From: Candidatus Saccharimonadota bacterium
GTDB lineage: Bacteria; Patescibacteriota; Saccharimonadia; Saccharimonadales; JACDBH01
Direction: 5' to 3'
DNA length: 64,000 nucleotides
Assembly (NCBI GenBank): GCA_013694995.1
Contig: JACDBH010000004.1
Location: forward strand, 60,828-124,827
Part shown: positions 9,513 through 17,811 of the stretch, piece by piece
Position numbering within the stretch: the first letter of the stretch is position 1
Layout of the letters: every line of letters begins with the position of its first letter
The notes under the pieces: generated by a model
What the model saw: only the letters and a program-made list of their open reading frames with translations
Databases searched by the model: none
Told to the model about the DNA's origin: nothing
Made by a program: the position numbers and the translations under genes

Positions 9513-10907
9513 TTGAACTGGTCACTTTGGTTTTTCATTTCCGTAGTGGTGGTGCTTGTTGCGCTGCTACTCATTACAAGAAAGAAGGTGTTCCTCATTC
9601 CGTTGGCAGTAGCCATCTGGCTTGCGTTCGACTTCAACGTCTGGATCTGGGTCAAGTGGTTGTTTTGGATCCTCGTGATCCTTGCCTTGGTTTTCTGGCT
9701 TGCCAGAAAACGACGGAAGATGAGAGGTTCTGCCGCACTGGCGTTGGTCATCGCGATCATTGCAGCCAGCTGGTCCGGTGTTTCGGCGGTTGATTGGTTT
9801 GACGACAAAGACGTCGATGACGTTGAGGAAGTGGTTTCGACCATGGACTCAGTCGATGACGTAGTTGTCACCACGTCTACAACCGACGAAGCAACGACGA
9901 CAACGGAGAAGGAAACAACTCCCACAACGACGTCGAAGCCGACCACTACCACGTCGACGACCACGACGACCACTACCACGACATTAGTCGTGGCGGCAGT
10001 CGAGTGCGAGACGTGGAGTGTCAGCCAGTCCGACCCGACCACAACCAAGTGGCTCGAGAATGGATTGACTCCAAATGATCCTGCAAAGGCACAGATGGAG
10101 TTGCTGACGGCGCTGCACGACCACCACGATTTGTTGGGTGGAGCAGCGATGGTGTTTGCCGATGCTCTGCATATTGATCCGGAAACGGTGAAATGGCAGG
10201 AGTTTGCAGAGTCGGGTTGTTTGACGCAGGAAGGCCGTGACATTTTCGTCAAGGTCGAAACCCTGTTGCTTGCTCAGAAATGGGTGTGGCAGCAGCCCTG
10301 TGAGGTTGGGAACGGTACAGGAATCTCGGCTGACGGCAACGTCGTCCGCCGCGATGGCCTTGGCCGGGTAGCCGAATTTGGCTGCTACGTCTTTGCGTCG
10401 GTCGTGATGGGCGAAAACCCTCAGAATCCGGCTGCCGAAGAAACGAGCATCATAATCGGCTCGGTGTCGAAGTTCTGTGGGAATATCAACCCCCCAGGAG
10501 ACACGCCGCACATCCCGCTTGGTCCGACGCCGCAGCCTCCTGCAGAGGAGCCGACGCCGACCACGCAGCCACCGCCAGGGACAACGACGCCAACGCCGAC
10601 GACGCAGCCGCCTTCAACAAGCAGCTCAGTCCCAAGCAAGGCAGTGCCTGCAACGACGGTTCCACCACCCCCGACGACGACGCCGACGGCAACGACAGTG
10701 CAGCCAGCACCGCCACCGCCATCGACGGCCCCGTCGGATACGACACCCGGCAACGTACCTCCGACTACGGTTAATACCGTACCACCGGACAACACGTACA
10801 CCCCCCCGGGTGCTGTCGTCGGTACCACTACACCACCAACCACGGTGGCACTAGCTCCGGCTCCGCCGACCACAACACCTTCGGGTGGGTCGACGCCCTC
10901 GCCGTAA
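9513..10907 (+). CDS. GC-rich membrane-anchored surface protein (3 N-terminal TM segments, Thr-rich stalk, Cys-containing domain, Pro/Thr tail)
   Basis: TTG start after AAAGGAGGTGATCCAG; hydrophobic N-terminus and long T/P tracts. Confidence 0.8.
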   Translation: MNWSLWFFISVVVVLVALLLITRKKVFLIPLAVAIWLAFDFNVWIWVKWLFWILVILALVFWLARKRRKMRGSAALALVIAIIAASWSGVSAVDWFDDKDVDDVEEVVSTMDSVDDVVVTTSTTDEATTTTEKETTPTTTSKPTTTTSTTTTTTTTTLVVAAVECETWSVSQSDPTTTKWLENGLTPNDPAKAQMELLTALHDHHDLLGGAAMVFADALHIDPETVKWQEFAESGCLTQEGRDIFVKVETLLLAQKWVWQQPCEVGNGTGISADGNVVRRDGLGRVAEFGCYVFASVVMGENPQNPAAEETSIIIGSVSKFCGNINPPGDTPHIPLGPTPQPPAEEPTPTTQPPPGTTTPTPTTQPPSTSSSVPSKAVPATTVPPPPTTTPTATTVQPAPPPPSTAPSDTTPGNVPPTTVNTVPPDNTYTPPGAVVGTTTPPTTVALAPAPPTTTPSGGSTPSP

Positions 10908-11097
10908 AGTTGTAGTGGTACATAAGCACCCATCAGTGCTTGGTTGCAGCAATGCAGTCTACTAAATCTGAATGGCCAGGTTATTGGTTGAACCGCTCGT
11001 GTAAGACGAGAAAAACCAAGAAGTGTTGGAATATGACGTTTGGTCTTAATTAGTGCTGGCATTGTCACACTTCCCAAACATGTGTAGTTACAAAAAT

Positions 11098-11213
11098 CAT
11101 AACGATGTCCGAGCTTTACTGCTCCATCTTATGTTGTACATTACGTCCGAGCTTTACTGCTCCGTTTTGTATAGGTACAAGTATGTCCGAGCTTTACTGC
11201 TCCATCTTGTACC
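11098..11213 (+). repeat. Three tandem hairpins with an identical 19-nt core GTCCGAGCTTTACTGCTCC
   Basis: Cores at 11107-11125, 11145-11163 and 11185-11203; the flanks differ but pair across each core. Confidence 0.9.
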
Positions 11214-11216
11214 GTA

Positions 11217-11259
11217 GCGGGGCTGATAACCGACCTTTTGGTCAACCATCAGCCCCCGC
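11217..11259 (+). other. Strong GC-rich hairpin (possible 3' end structure; no U-tract)
   Basis: GCGGGGCTGAT...ATCAGCCCCCGC with inner GACC-TTTT-GGTC. Confidence 0.6.
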
Positions 11260-11364
11260 AGTACCCCCTACATAAACGAATTGTAATGATTTGACTTATC
11301 CCGTTTGCGTTAGCAGACGGTAGAAGTAAAGTCGTTCCTTAACAAAATAAGCATATACATAATA

Positions 11365-11393
11365 TTGACAATTAGAAACTGTTATGCTATAAT
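11365..11393 (+). promoter_or_regulatory. Consensus sigma70 promoter with extended -10
   Basis: TTGACA-17 nt-TATAAT with TGC before the -10; downstream SD AGGAGGTGAT before ATG 11522. Confidence 0.85.
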
Positions 11394-11521
11394 GAGAGTA
11401 TACGATGATGATATCCATGTGAGGTGGAGAATATTCATCCTAAAGCTTTTTAACAATTAGCCATAATCCAAATGATGAATTAAGTATTTTAAGTTCTGTT
11501 TTCACTTTTTTAGGAGGTGAT

Positions 11522-13039
11522 ATGAAACGTTATATTAAGCTTTTAAGCAAGCAATTATTTGTTGCTGCCGCAACCGTCGCGATTGTCGCTGGCGTTGCCG
11601 CAAACACATTTGCTGCTTTTGGTCCAAGCCGGGAAACCCGTGCCTGGACTTCAAATGAAAATGGTTTCGACCATGTTACATTTAACTCGTTTACCGGCGT
11701 ACCAAATGGTATCGGTGACGAGCGTGATTTCCTACGCGGCGTACAAGTTGGACGTGATAGTGTCTGGAGTGATCCAGTTACTAGCGTTAACAACGACACT
11801 GAAGTAGAGATGAAGATCTACATTCATAACAATGCAGATTCTGCCCTAAATGATCAACCGGGTAATCCTGGTGTTGCCAAGAACGTTACAGTTCGTACTG
11901 CATTGCCAACAGGCGCTGCACAGGCACAACAGGTTACAAGTTACATCAAGGCTGACAATGCTCGACCTGGTGAAATTTTCGACACACTAGACCTTACCGG
12001 TAGCAACAGCGGGTTCTTTGAACTCAGCTATATCCCTGGTTCTGCCAAGTTACATACCGGTACACAAGTTAGCGCATTAAGCGACACACTTGTTACGACC
12101 GGCGTGAACATTGGTGACCAGAAGGGTTGCTTCGAATACGTCCGTGAAATTACCTTCCGTGTGAAGGTAAAGATGCCTAGCTACGCTACTCAGAAGACTG
12201 TCCGTAACCACGGCGAAGATTCTACAAAGTGGCGCGAAGTAGCAAATACAAAGATCGGCGACAAAGTCGATTGGCGGATTTGGTTCAAAAACAGCGGCAC
12301 AACCCAACTGAACGCGGTTAAGGTTGTTGACAACCTGCCACCACACGTTCGGGTTGTTCCTGGTAGCGTGAAGCTCTATAACGGCAACTACCCAGTTGCT
12401 AACGGCGGCTACACTTACCCAGCTAGTGCTGTTCAGAATGATGGCAAGCAAGTAAACGTAGATATCGGTGCATATCTTCCTGGCGGTGATGCTTATGTCG
12501 TCTTTACGACCGAAGTTCTCAACGACAAGGAAATTGCCTGTGGCTACCAACAGCTTGCAAACGTTGCTTACACTACGCCTGAAGGCTATGGTGCACTCAA
12601 CGACAGTGCACGTATCAATGTCATCAATGACAAAGAATGTGCAGGCCCTAGCTATATTTGTGAATCATTGACCGTCGACAAAATCGGCGGCCGCAAGGTT
12701 CGCGCTACAGTTAAGGCTCCTGTCAGCGGTAACGCTAAGGTTAAGACTGTCACCTATAATTATGGTGACGCTTCAACCGCTAAAGTTACTGACAAACTTG
12801 TAGACGAATACGAATACAAGGCTGATGGTACTTACAAGATCACTGCTACCGTAACATTTACTGTTAACGGTGCAGACAAAGTCGTTACAAGCGATAACTG
12901 TGCAAAGATGGTTACTTTCACTACTACCCCAACTAAGGAACTTCCTAAGACGGGTGCTGGTAGTATCGTAGGTTTGTTTGCTGCTACCTCATTAGTCGGT
13001 GCAGCTGCTCACAACGTGATCAGCCGCCGCCGTGCTTAA
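11522..13039 (+). CDS. Secreted Ig-like/DUF11-type surface protein with LPxTG-like sorting signal
   Basis: Signal peptide; KTVR..KIGDKVDWRIWFKNSG..VKVVDNLP..VPGS (DUF11/isopeptide pilin-like); PKD-like YNYGD; C-terminal LPKTG + hydrophobic segment + RRRA. Confidence 0.85.
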   Translation: MKRYIKLLSKQLFVAAATVAIVAGVAANTFAAFGPSRETRAWTSNENGFDHVTFNSFTGVPNGIGDERDFLRGVQVGRDSVWSDPVTSVNNDTEVEMKIYIHNNADSALNDQPGNPGVAKNVTVRTALPTGAAQAQQVTSYIKADNARPGEIFDTLDLTGSNSGFFELSYIPGSAKLHTGTQVSALSDTLVTTGVNIGDQKGCFEYVREITFRVKVKMPSYATQKTVRNHGEDSTKWREVANTKIGDKVDWRIWFKNSGTTQLNAVKVVDNLPPHVRVVPGSVKLYNGNYPVANGGYTYPASAVQNDGKQVNVDIGAYLPGGDAYVVFTTEVLNDKEIACGYQQLANVAYTTPEGYGALNDSARINVINDKECAGPSYICESLTVDKIGGRKVRATVKAPVSGNAKVKTVTYNYGDASTAKVTDKLVDEYEYKADGTYKITATVTFTVNGADKVVTSDNCAKMVTFTTTPTKELPKTGAGSIVGLFAATSLVGAAAHNVISRRRA

Positions 13040-13084
13040 ACTAAGCAGACATAGATACCATTAGAGTACTGACCGCTTAATGAG

Positions 13085-13120
13085 AAAGGCTCCCTTAATT
13101 AATTTAGGGAGCCTTTTCTT
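13085..13120 (+). terminator. Intrinsic terminator
   Basis: AAAGGCTCCCT-loop-AGGGAGCCTTT followed by TCTT. Confidence 0.8.
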
Positions 13121-13173
13121 ATTCCTAACCCTTTGCCATAAACTAATAAACATATTACACCACATAATTCTAT

Positions 13174-13196
13174 TTTCCGAGGTCCGTCCTCGGAAA
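13174..13196. repeat. REP-like palindrome, copy 1
   Basis: TTTCCGAGG-TCCGT-CCTCGGAAA; near-identical copy at 59961-59983. Confidence 0.65.
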
Positions 13197-13353
13197 TTTT
13201 TTTTCGAAAGTCCTTTAATTATGTTAATAATCAATTAAAGCATAAGCAGTGCTGGCTCATATAATTGACAAGTAAAGTAAAGAGCAGTTTAATACTTAAT
13301 GTATAGATGTGAGTATAGCTAGAGGGTGGTAAGGGTAACTAAAGGGGGTTTAT

Positions 13354-14814
13354 ATGAATCAACCTATGTCTTTTATCAAAAAAATAATGCTCTCTGGCAC
13401 TGTGCTTGGGCTGCTTGGTATTTCGAGCATCGCGCTTTTAGGTAAAGGAAGTGCAGCCATATTGCCGCGTGATTGTGATGCAAATGCAATTTTTTACTGT
13501 GGTTCCCTGACGGTAGAAGAGCTGAAGAATGATTACAATACGAATGACGAGAACCGCTACGGCGATATCCCGGCTATTTTTGACCACTTTGGCATTAGCA
13601 AGACTGAAATAAACAGCATCAGCAGCAAGCGGGGAATAGTGAAAGCCGACAATACGGTGTGGATTGACGGCAAGCTTGTCGGAGTCAATGCAAAGACAGC
13701 AGGGCGTACCTATAAGTCAGGTAGCACGGCAATCCCTGGTGCATATGCATATGAACGTTCCCCTTCGGCATCTTTCTCAACTCCATCAACTACTATTGAC
13801 GCTATGATCGGCTATGAAAACGACGTACCGACCTTTGCGGTCTTAAGCGCCTGTGGCAACCCGGTTACCTGGGAGCATCCTCCGGCACCAGCCATAGAAA
13901 TGGAAAAGACTGTCCGTTCCGCCGACAATACCAAGTGGGTAGAGAGCGATACTTTTGCAAATAACAGCACGCTTACTTACCGGATAGTAGTACGAAGTAC
14001 AGGCAAGGCAGCGGATACGAATGTAGTCGTGAGGGACACTTTGCCTTCTTACCAGACGATTGTAGCCGGTTCAGTAAAAGTCAACGGCCAAGATGCAGGC
14101 GCAGCTGGCAACAGCATTGTTGGTGGAGGCTATACACTGTCTAAAGTTGATGCGGGTGCAACTGTAGAAGTTACCTTCCAAGTAAAAGTCTCAGCCCCAG
14201 CCGATAAATGCGGCGAAACTGCGTTCGTCAACAAAGCCAAGGTGGACGGTGACAGCACACCGCTAAAAGAAGATACTGCAAGCGGAAAAGTCAGAGTAGT
14301 ATGCGCCTCTATTAAATGTGAATCACTGACAGCTTCGAATCTGGCAATTAAAGTAGGTGAAGCCAGTACATTAACAGCAAAAGCGGCGCTAGAAAACGCA
14401 GTACTAAACAGCTACGAATTCCGTGTGAACGGCCAGGTTGTTCAGAATACGAGCAGCAATGTCTACACTTATACTGCCACTAAAGAAGGCACCTTCGCTG
14501 TTAAAGTAGTCGTCAAGACAGATAAAGGAGACGCTACAAGCTTAAGCTGTGAAGTAATAATCGGTGTAAGTAAAACTCCCGTTTGCCCATACAACCCACA
14601 GCTGCCTCCGAACAGTTCGGAATGTAAGAGGCCAGAAGTCTGTCCTTACAACTCCAGTCTTCCTCTGAACAGCCCCGACTGCAAGAGGCCTGAAGTTTTA
14701 GGTACAACGACTATCCTGCCTAAAACCGGTGCCGGTAACCTAGCTGCAATATTTACTATTACTAGTGTTGTTGGAGCAGCAGGACATAACCTAATAACCC
14801 GCCGCCGTAGCTAA
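13354..14814 (+). CDS. Secreted Cys-containing surface protein with DUF11-like domain and LPxTG-like sorting signal
   Basis: Signal peptide; EKTVR..LTYRIVVR..NVVVRDTLP; two 19-aa repeats VCPYN..ECKRPE / DCKRPE; LPKTG + TM + RRRS. Confidence 0.85.
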   Translation: MNQPMSFIKKIMLSGTVLGLLGISSIALLGKGSAAILPRDCDANAIFYCGSLTVEELKNDYNTNDENRYGDIPAIFDHFGISKTEINSISSKRGIVKADNTVWIDGKLVGVNAKTAGRTYKSGSTAIPGAYAYERSPSASFSTPSTTIDAMIGYENDVPTFAVLSACGNPVTWEHPPAPAIEMEKTVRSADNTKWVESDTFANNSTLTYRIVVRSTGKAADTNVVVRDTLPSYQTIVAGSVKVNGQDAGAAGNSIVGGGYTLSKVDAGATVEVTFQVKVSAPADKCGETAFVNKAKVDGDSTPLKEDTASGKVRVVCASIKCESLTASNLAIKVGEASTLTAKAALENAVLNSYEFRVNGQVVQNTSSNVYTYTATKEGTFAVKVVVKTDKGDATSLSCEVIIGVSKTPVCPYNPQLPPNSSECKRPEVCPYNSSLPLNSPDCKRPEVLGTTTILPKTGAGNLAAIFTITSVVGAAGHNLITRRRS

Positions 14815-14817
14815 AAT

Positions 14818-14826
14818 TGTGGATAA
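14818..14826 (-). promoter_or_regulatory. DnaA-box consensus (TTATCCACA), isolated
   Basis: TGTGGATAA on the + strand in an intergenic position; second isolated copy at 44661-44669. Confidence 0.35.
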
Positions 14827-15180
14827 GCGCTGGCTTTAATAGCTGTTTTATGCTACGGTTATGGTGTTCAAGGGCATCGTGACTGACCGCTCCAAAAATT
14901 AAAACCAGTAAATGAGTCGTTGAAAGCTATAGACGGATTCTATCTGTTATGGTAGGATTTTATAGTTCAGTTTTATCGTCTTTTAGCACTATCTAATTCA
15001 AGCCAACCTTATAACCGGCAGTATGAATTTGAAATGCGGCAACTTGCTGTTTGTAGTTTAATAATCGATCAAACCAGGCAGCAAACTTGCCGTTTGAGCG
15101 ATTGAGAGGAGCGACCGGCCAAAAAATAAATTTTAGAGACGGTTTTGTGTCAATAAAAACTAAAAAGTCGCGTTGCAACG

Positions 15181-15211
15181 TGGTCCCTTCGTCTATCGGT
15201 TAGGACACTGG
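15181..15211 (+). repeat. Duplicated 5' half of tRNA-Glu (att-like scar / pseudo-tRNA)
   Basis: 31 nt identical to 15308-15338; no T arm or CCA follows. Confidence 0.8.
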
Positions 15212-15308
15212 CCAGCTCGGGTTTACCCGAGCAAAGTAATCAGGTCATCCCAGCAACTGGGATGAAAAAGGCAGGAATGATTAAATTTTCCTTTACAATA
15301 CGAACTAT

Positions 15309-15383
15309 GGTCCCTTCGTCTATCGGTTAGGACACTGGGTTTTCATCCCAGCAAGAGGAGTTCGACTCTCCTAGGGATCACCA
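15309..15383 (+). tRNA. tRNA-Glu(TTC)
   Basis: Acceptor GGTCCCT/AGGGATC, anticodon arm CTGGG-TTTTCAT-CCCAG, T arm AGGAG-TTCGACT-CTCCT, encoded CCA. Confidence 0.96.
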
Positions 15384-15486
15384 TATCGCCCGTTGGTTGT
15401 TAACTATCTAACAGACTTTCCGACTAGGTTTCTCTAAACTGGATTTATCCAAGATAATTTACCTAGGGTATTAAGGAGACTGTTTT

Positions 15487-16266
15487 ATGACTAAAGTTTT
15501 AGAAGGTAAAACGGCTTTAATCACTGGTTCGGATTCTGGAATCGGGCAGGCCACAGCCATTGAGTTTGCTAAGGAGGGCGCCAACGTCGTGATAACCTGG
15601 CATACCGATAAGATTGGAGCTAATAAAACCAAAAAACAAGTTGAGGCCGCCGGTCAAAAAGCTCTGGTAGTTGAGGTTGACTTACGTGATGAAAAAAGTG
15701 TTGAGAAGATGTTCGACCAAGCACTAAAAGAGTTTAAGACGCTAGATATTCTTATGAATAATGCCGGTGTTGACTCTTCGGGGATTGAAGTAGCTGATTT
15801 AGACACCAAGACTTGGGATAATGCGATTAGAACCAATATATATGGCTATTTTTTCTGTTGCCGTCGTTTCATTAATATTCGCAAGAAAGCTGGTGGTGGC
15901 GGGAAGATCATCCAGACTACTTCGGTTCACGCCGAACAGCCGCGGGCTGGCGCTGCCGATTATGACTGTAGCAAAGGTGCTGAGCGTAATTTAACGACCA
16001 CCTTGGCGTTAGAGCTAGCCAAACACAAGATTAACATTAATAGTATTGCACCCGGAATGGTGCTTACCCCTTTTAACCAAGCCGCCATAGATGACCCCAG
16101 AGTTCTGAAGGTGGCCGAAAAGACTATACCCTGGAAGCGGGCAGCCCAACCAAATGAGATTGCCCGAGTAGCGGTATTTTTAGCCTCCGAAGCAGCCGAC
16201 TATATGACCGGTTCTACCGTAACTATGGACGGTGGCCTCATGCAGAATTCCGGCCAAGGCGCCTAA
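15487..16266 (+). CDS. Short-chain dehydrogenase/reductase (glucose 1-dehydrogenase-like)
   Basis: TGSDSGIG, NNAG, YxxSK (YDCSK), IAPG, DGG. Confidence 0.9.
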   Translation: MTKVLEGKTALITGSDSGIGQATAIEFAKEGANVVITWHTDKIGANKTKKQVEAAGQKALVVEVDLRDEKSVEKMFDQALKEFKTLDILMNNAGVDSSGIEVADLDTKTWDNAIRTNIYGYFFCCRRFINIRKKAGGGGKIIQTTSVHAEQPRAGAADYDCSKGAERNLTTTLALELAKHKININSIAPGMVLTPFNQAAIDDPRVLKVAEKTIPWKRAAQPNEIARVAVFLASEAADYMTGSTVTMDGGLMQNSGQGA

Positions 16267-16310
16267 GATGCGCTATCGGCACCAAACATTAGATAGTAGA
16301 ATGGCTGACA

Positions 16311-17567
16311 ATGACCGATCAAGATATTAGAGACGAAGTAAAAAAGCAGCTTTTAAGTAACGTCGTTAGGGGCTATTCCAAGCACTTTAAAACTGAATAT
16401 TGTACGCTACAGCCGTCACCCGATACTTATCCTTTTCAATATTTCTGGGATTCTTGCTTTCATATCTTTATTCTTACAGCCGTTGGCGAGCACTCGTTGG
16501 CCACTAGCATTATCAGAAGTCTTTTCAGCATGCAAAAAGATAACGGTTTTGTAGGCCATATTCTTTTCTGGGATAGACTTAGGCCAGCCAAACTAACCGA
16601 TATATTCCAAAACCATCTTAGCGAATCGTTTAGACCCCATATGAGTGCGCTTATCCAACCACCTTTGGCCGCTCAGGCCCTAGAGCGCATTTATTATCAC
16701 ACCAAGGACAAAAAGTTATTAGAAGAAATGGTGCCCAAATTAAAAAAATACTATGACTGGTTAGGTCACAACAGAGATTTAGATGGTGACGGCTTGCTAA
16801 GCATTGTAACTATGTTCGAGACCGGAATGGATTGGAAACCAACTATGGATTCACTGGTAGGTCACAGTGGTAAATCCAGCAGAAGTTTATTTTGGAGGGG
16901 AGTGTCGGTTGACTTTCGTAATTTTAGACTTGGATACGACATTAAAAAAATACATAAGGCTAATAAATTCTTACTCAAAGAGGTGGCCTTTAATACAATC
17001 TATGCTCAAAATTTAGCAGTACTTTCTGAACTGTGCACGCAAATTGACGATAAACAGGCGTCTAAGTACAAGCGATTATCCGATAAAGTCTCAACCTTAA
17101 TTATGAGCAAAATGTACGATTCTGAGGCGGTCGCCTTTTGGGACATAAAGGCCGGCTCTAATGAGCCAATCAAGGTGCTTACACCGACCATATTCTTTCC
17201 CATGGTCCTGCCTATTGTCTCTAAACAAATGGCTCAAGAGCTAATTAAAAGGCATCTTAATAATAAACAGGAATTTGCTACAAACTATCCAATTCCATCG
17301 GTGGCCATTAACGAGGCTTCTTTTAATCAGTTTGAATCAGAGTTTTTGTGGCGCGGACCAACTTGGGTGCTATATAACTGGTTCGTTTACCAGTGTCTGT
17401 TTTGTAAGGGGTTTAAAAAAGAGGCCAAAGCCCTCAGCGGTTCTATCCGGGCCTTAATTAATAAAAGCGGGCTTAGGGAATATTACAATCCATTTACCGG
17501 CGAAGGTTATGGCGCGAAGCATTTCACTTGGTCGGGAGTAGTGGTTGATATGCTCAATTTAAAATAA
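16311..17567 (+). CDS. (alpha/alpha)6 glycoside hydrolase, GH63/MGH1-like (glucosyl/mannosyl-glycerate hydrolase-like)
   Basis: YPFQYFWDS, IQPP, ETGMD, WRGPTW, REYYNPFTGEGYGAKHFTWS. Confidence 0.8.
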   Translation: MTDQDIRDEVKKQLLSNVVRGYSKHFKTEYCTLQPSPDTYPFQYFWDSCFHIFILTAVGEHSLATSIIRSLFSMQKDNGFVGHILFWDRLRPAKLTDIFQNHLSESFRPHMSALIQPPLAAQALERIYYHTKDKKLLEEMVPKLKKYYDWLGHNRDLDGDGLLSIVTMFETGMDWKPTMDSLVGHSGKSSRSLFWRGVSVDFRNFRLGYDIKKIHKANKFLLKEVAFNTIYAQNLAVLSELCTQIDDKQASKYKRLSDKVSTLIMSKMYDSEAVAFWDIKAGSNEPIKVLTPTIFFPMVLPIVSKQMAQELIKRHLNNKQEFATNYPIPSVAINEASFNQFESEFLWRGPTWVLYNWFVYQCLFCKGFKKEAKALSGSIRALINKSGLREYYNPFTGEGYGAKHFTWSGVVVDMLNLK

Positions 17568-17811
17568 AAATTACATTTTGTAAAAGCTACTACGTACCAG
17601 GCGCCTAAATCTTGCTAGTATAAGGAGGTGAAAATGCTTAATTGACTGTGGCTAAGCTGGATATCATTCAATAACTCATTCCACTCGATAATTTCTGCTA
17701 CGATTACCCTATAAATCGATAGGGGGAGGGTAACCAAATGAGCTTTATAACTTCTCGCCTCGTACGAATTTATTTTAAAAACAAAGCATAAGCAGTTAAA
17801 CTATAGTTAAT

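Noticed and set aside
8960-10252. 430-aa minus-strand ORF and other antisense ORFs up to 11077
   Set aside because: Shadow frames of GC-rich low-complexity genes; promoter, SD sites and protein architecture support the + strand.
11107-11203. CRISPR array or type III toxin-antitoxin repeat
   Set aside because: The repeat is only 19 nt, the 19-21-nt spacers are stem halves that pair across the repeat, and there is no cas or ToxN-like gene nearby.
13068-13077. ACTGACCGCT downstream of both LPKTG genes (also 14882-14891)
   Set aside because: Only 10 nt, at different distances and without shared structure; could be chance.
14818-14826. Replication origin suggested by DnaA boxes (also 44661-44669)
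   Set aside because: Single isolated boxes with no cluster and no dnaA/dnaN nearby.
14993-15178. 61-aa minus-strand ORF as an integrase remnant next to the tRNA fragment
   Set aside because: No recombinase motifs are recognisable in the frames I checked.
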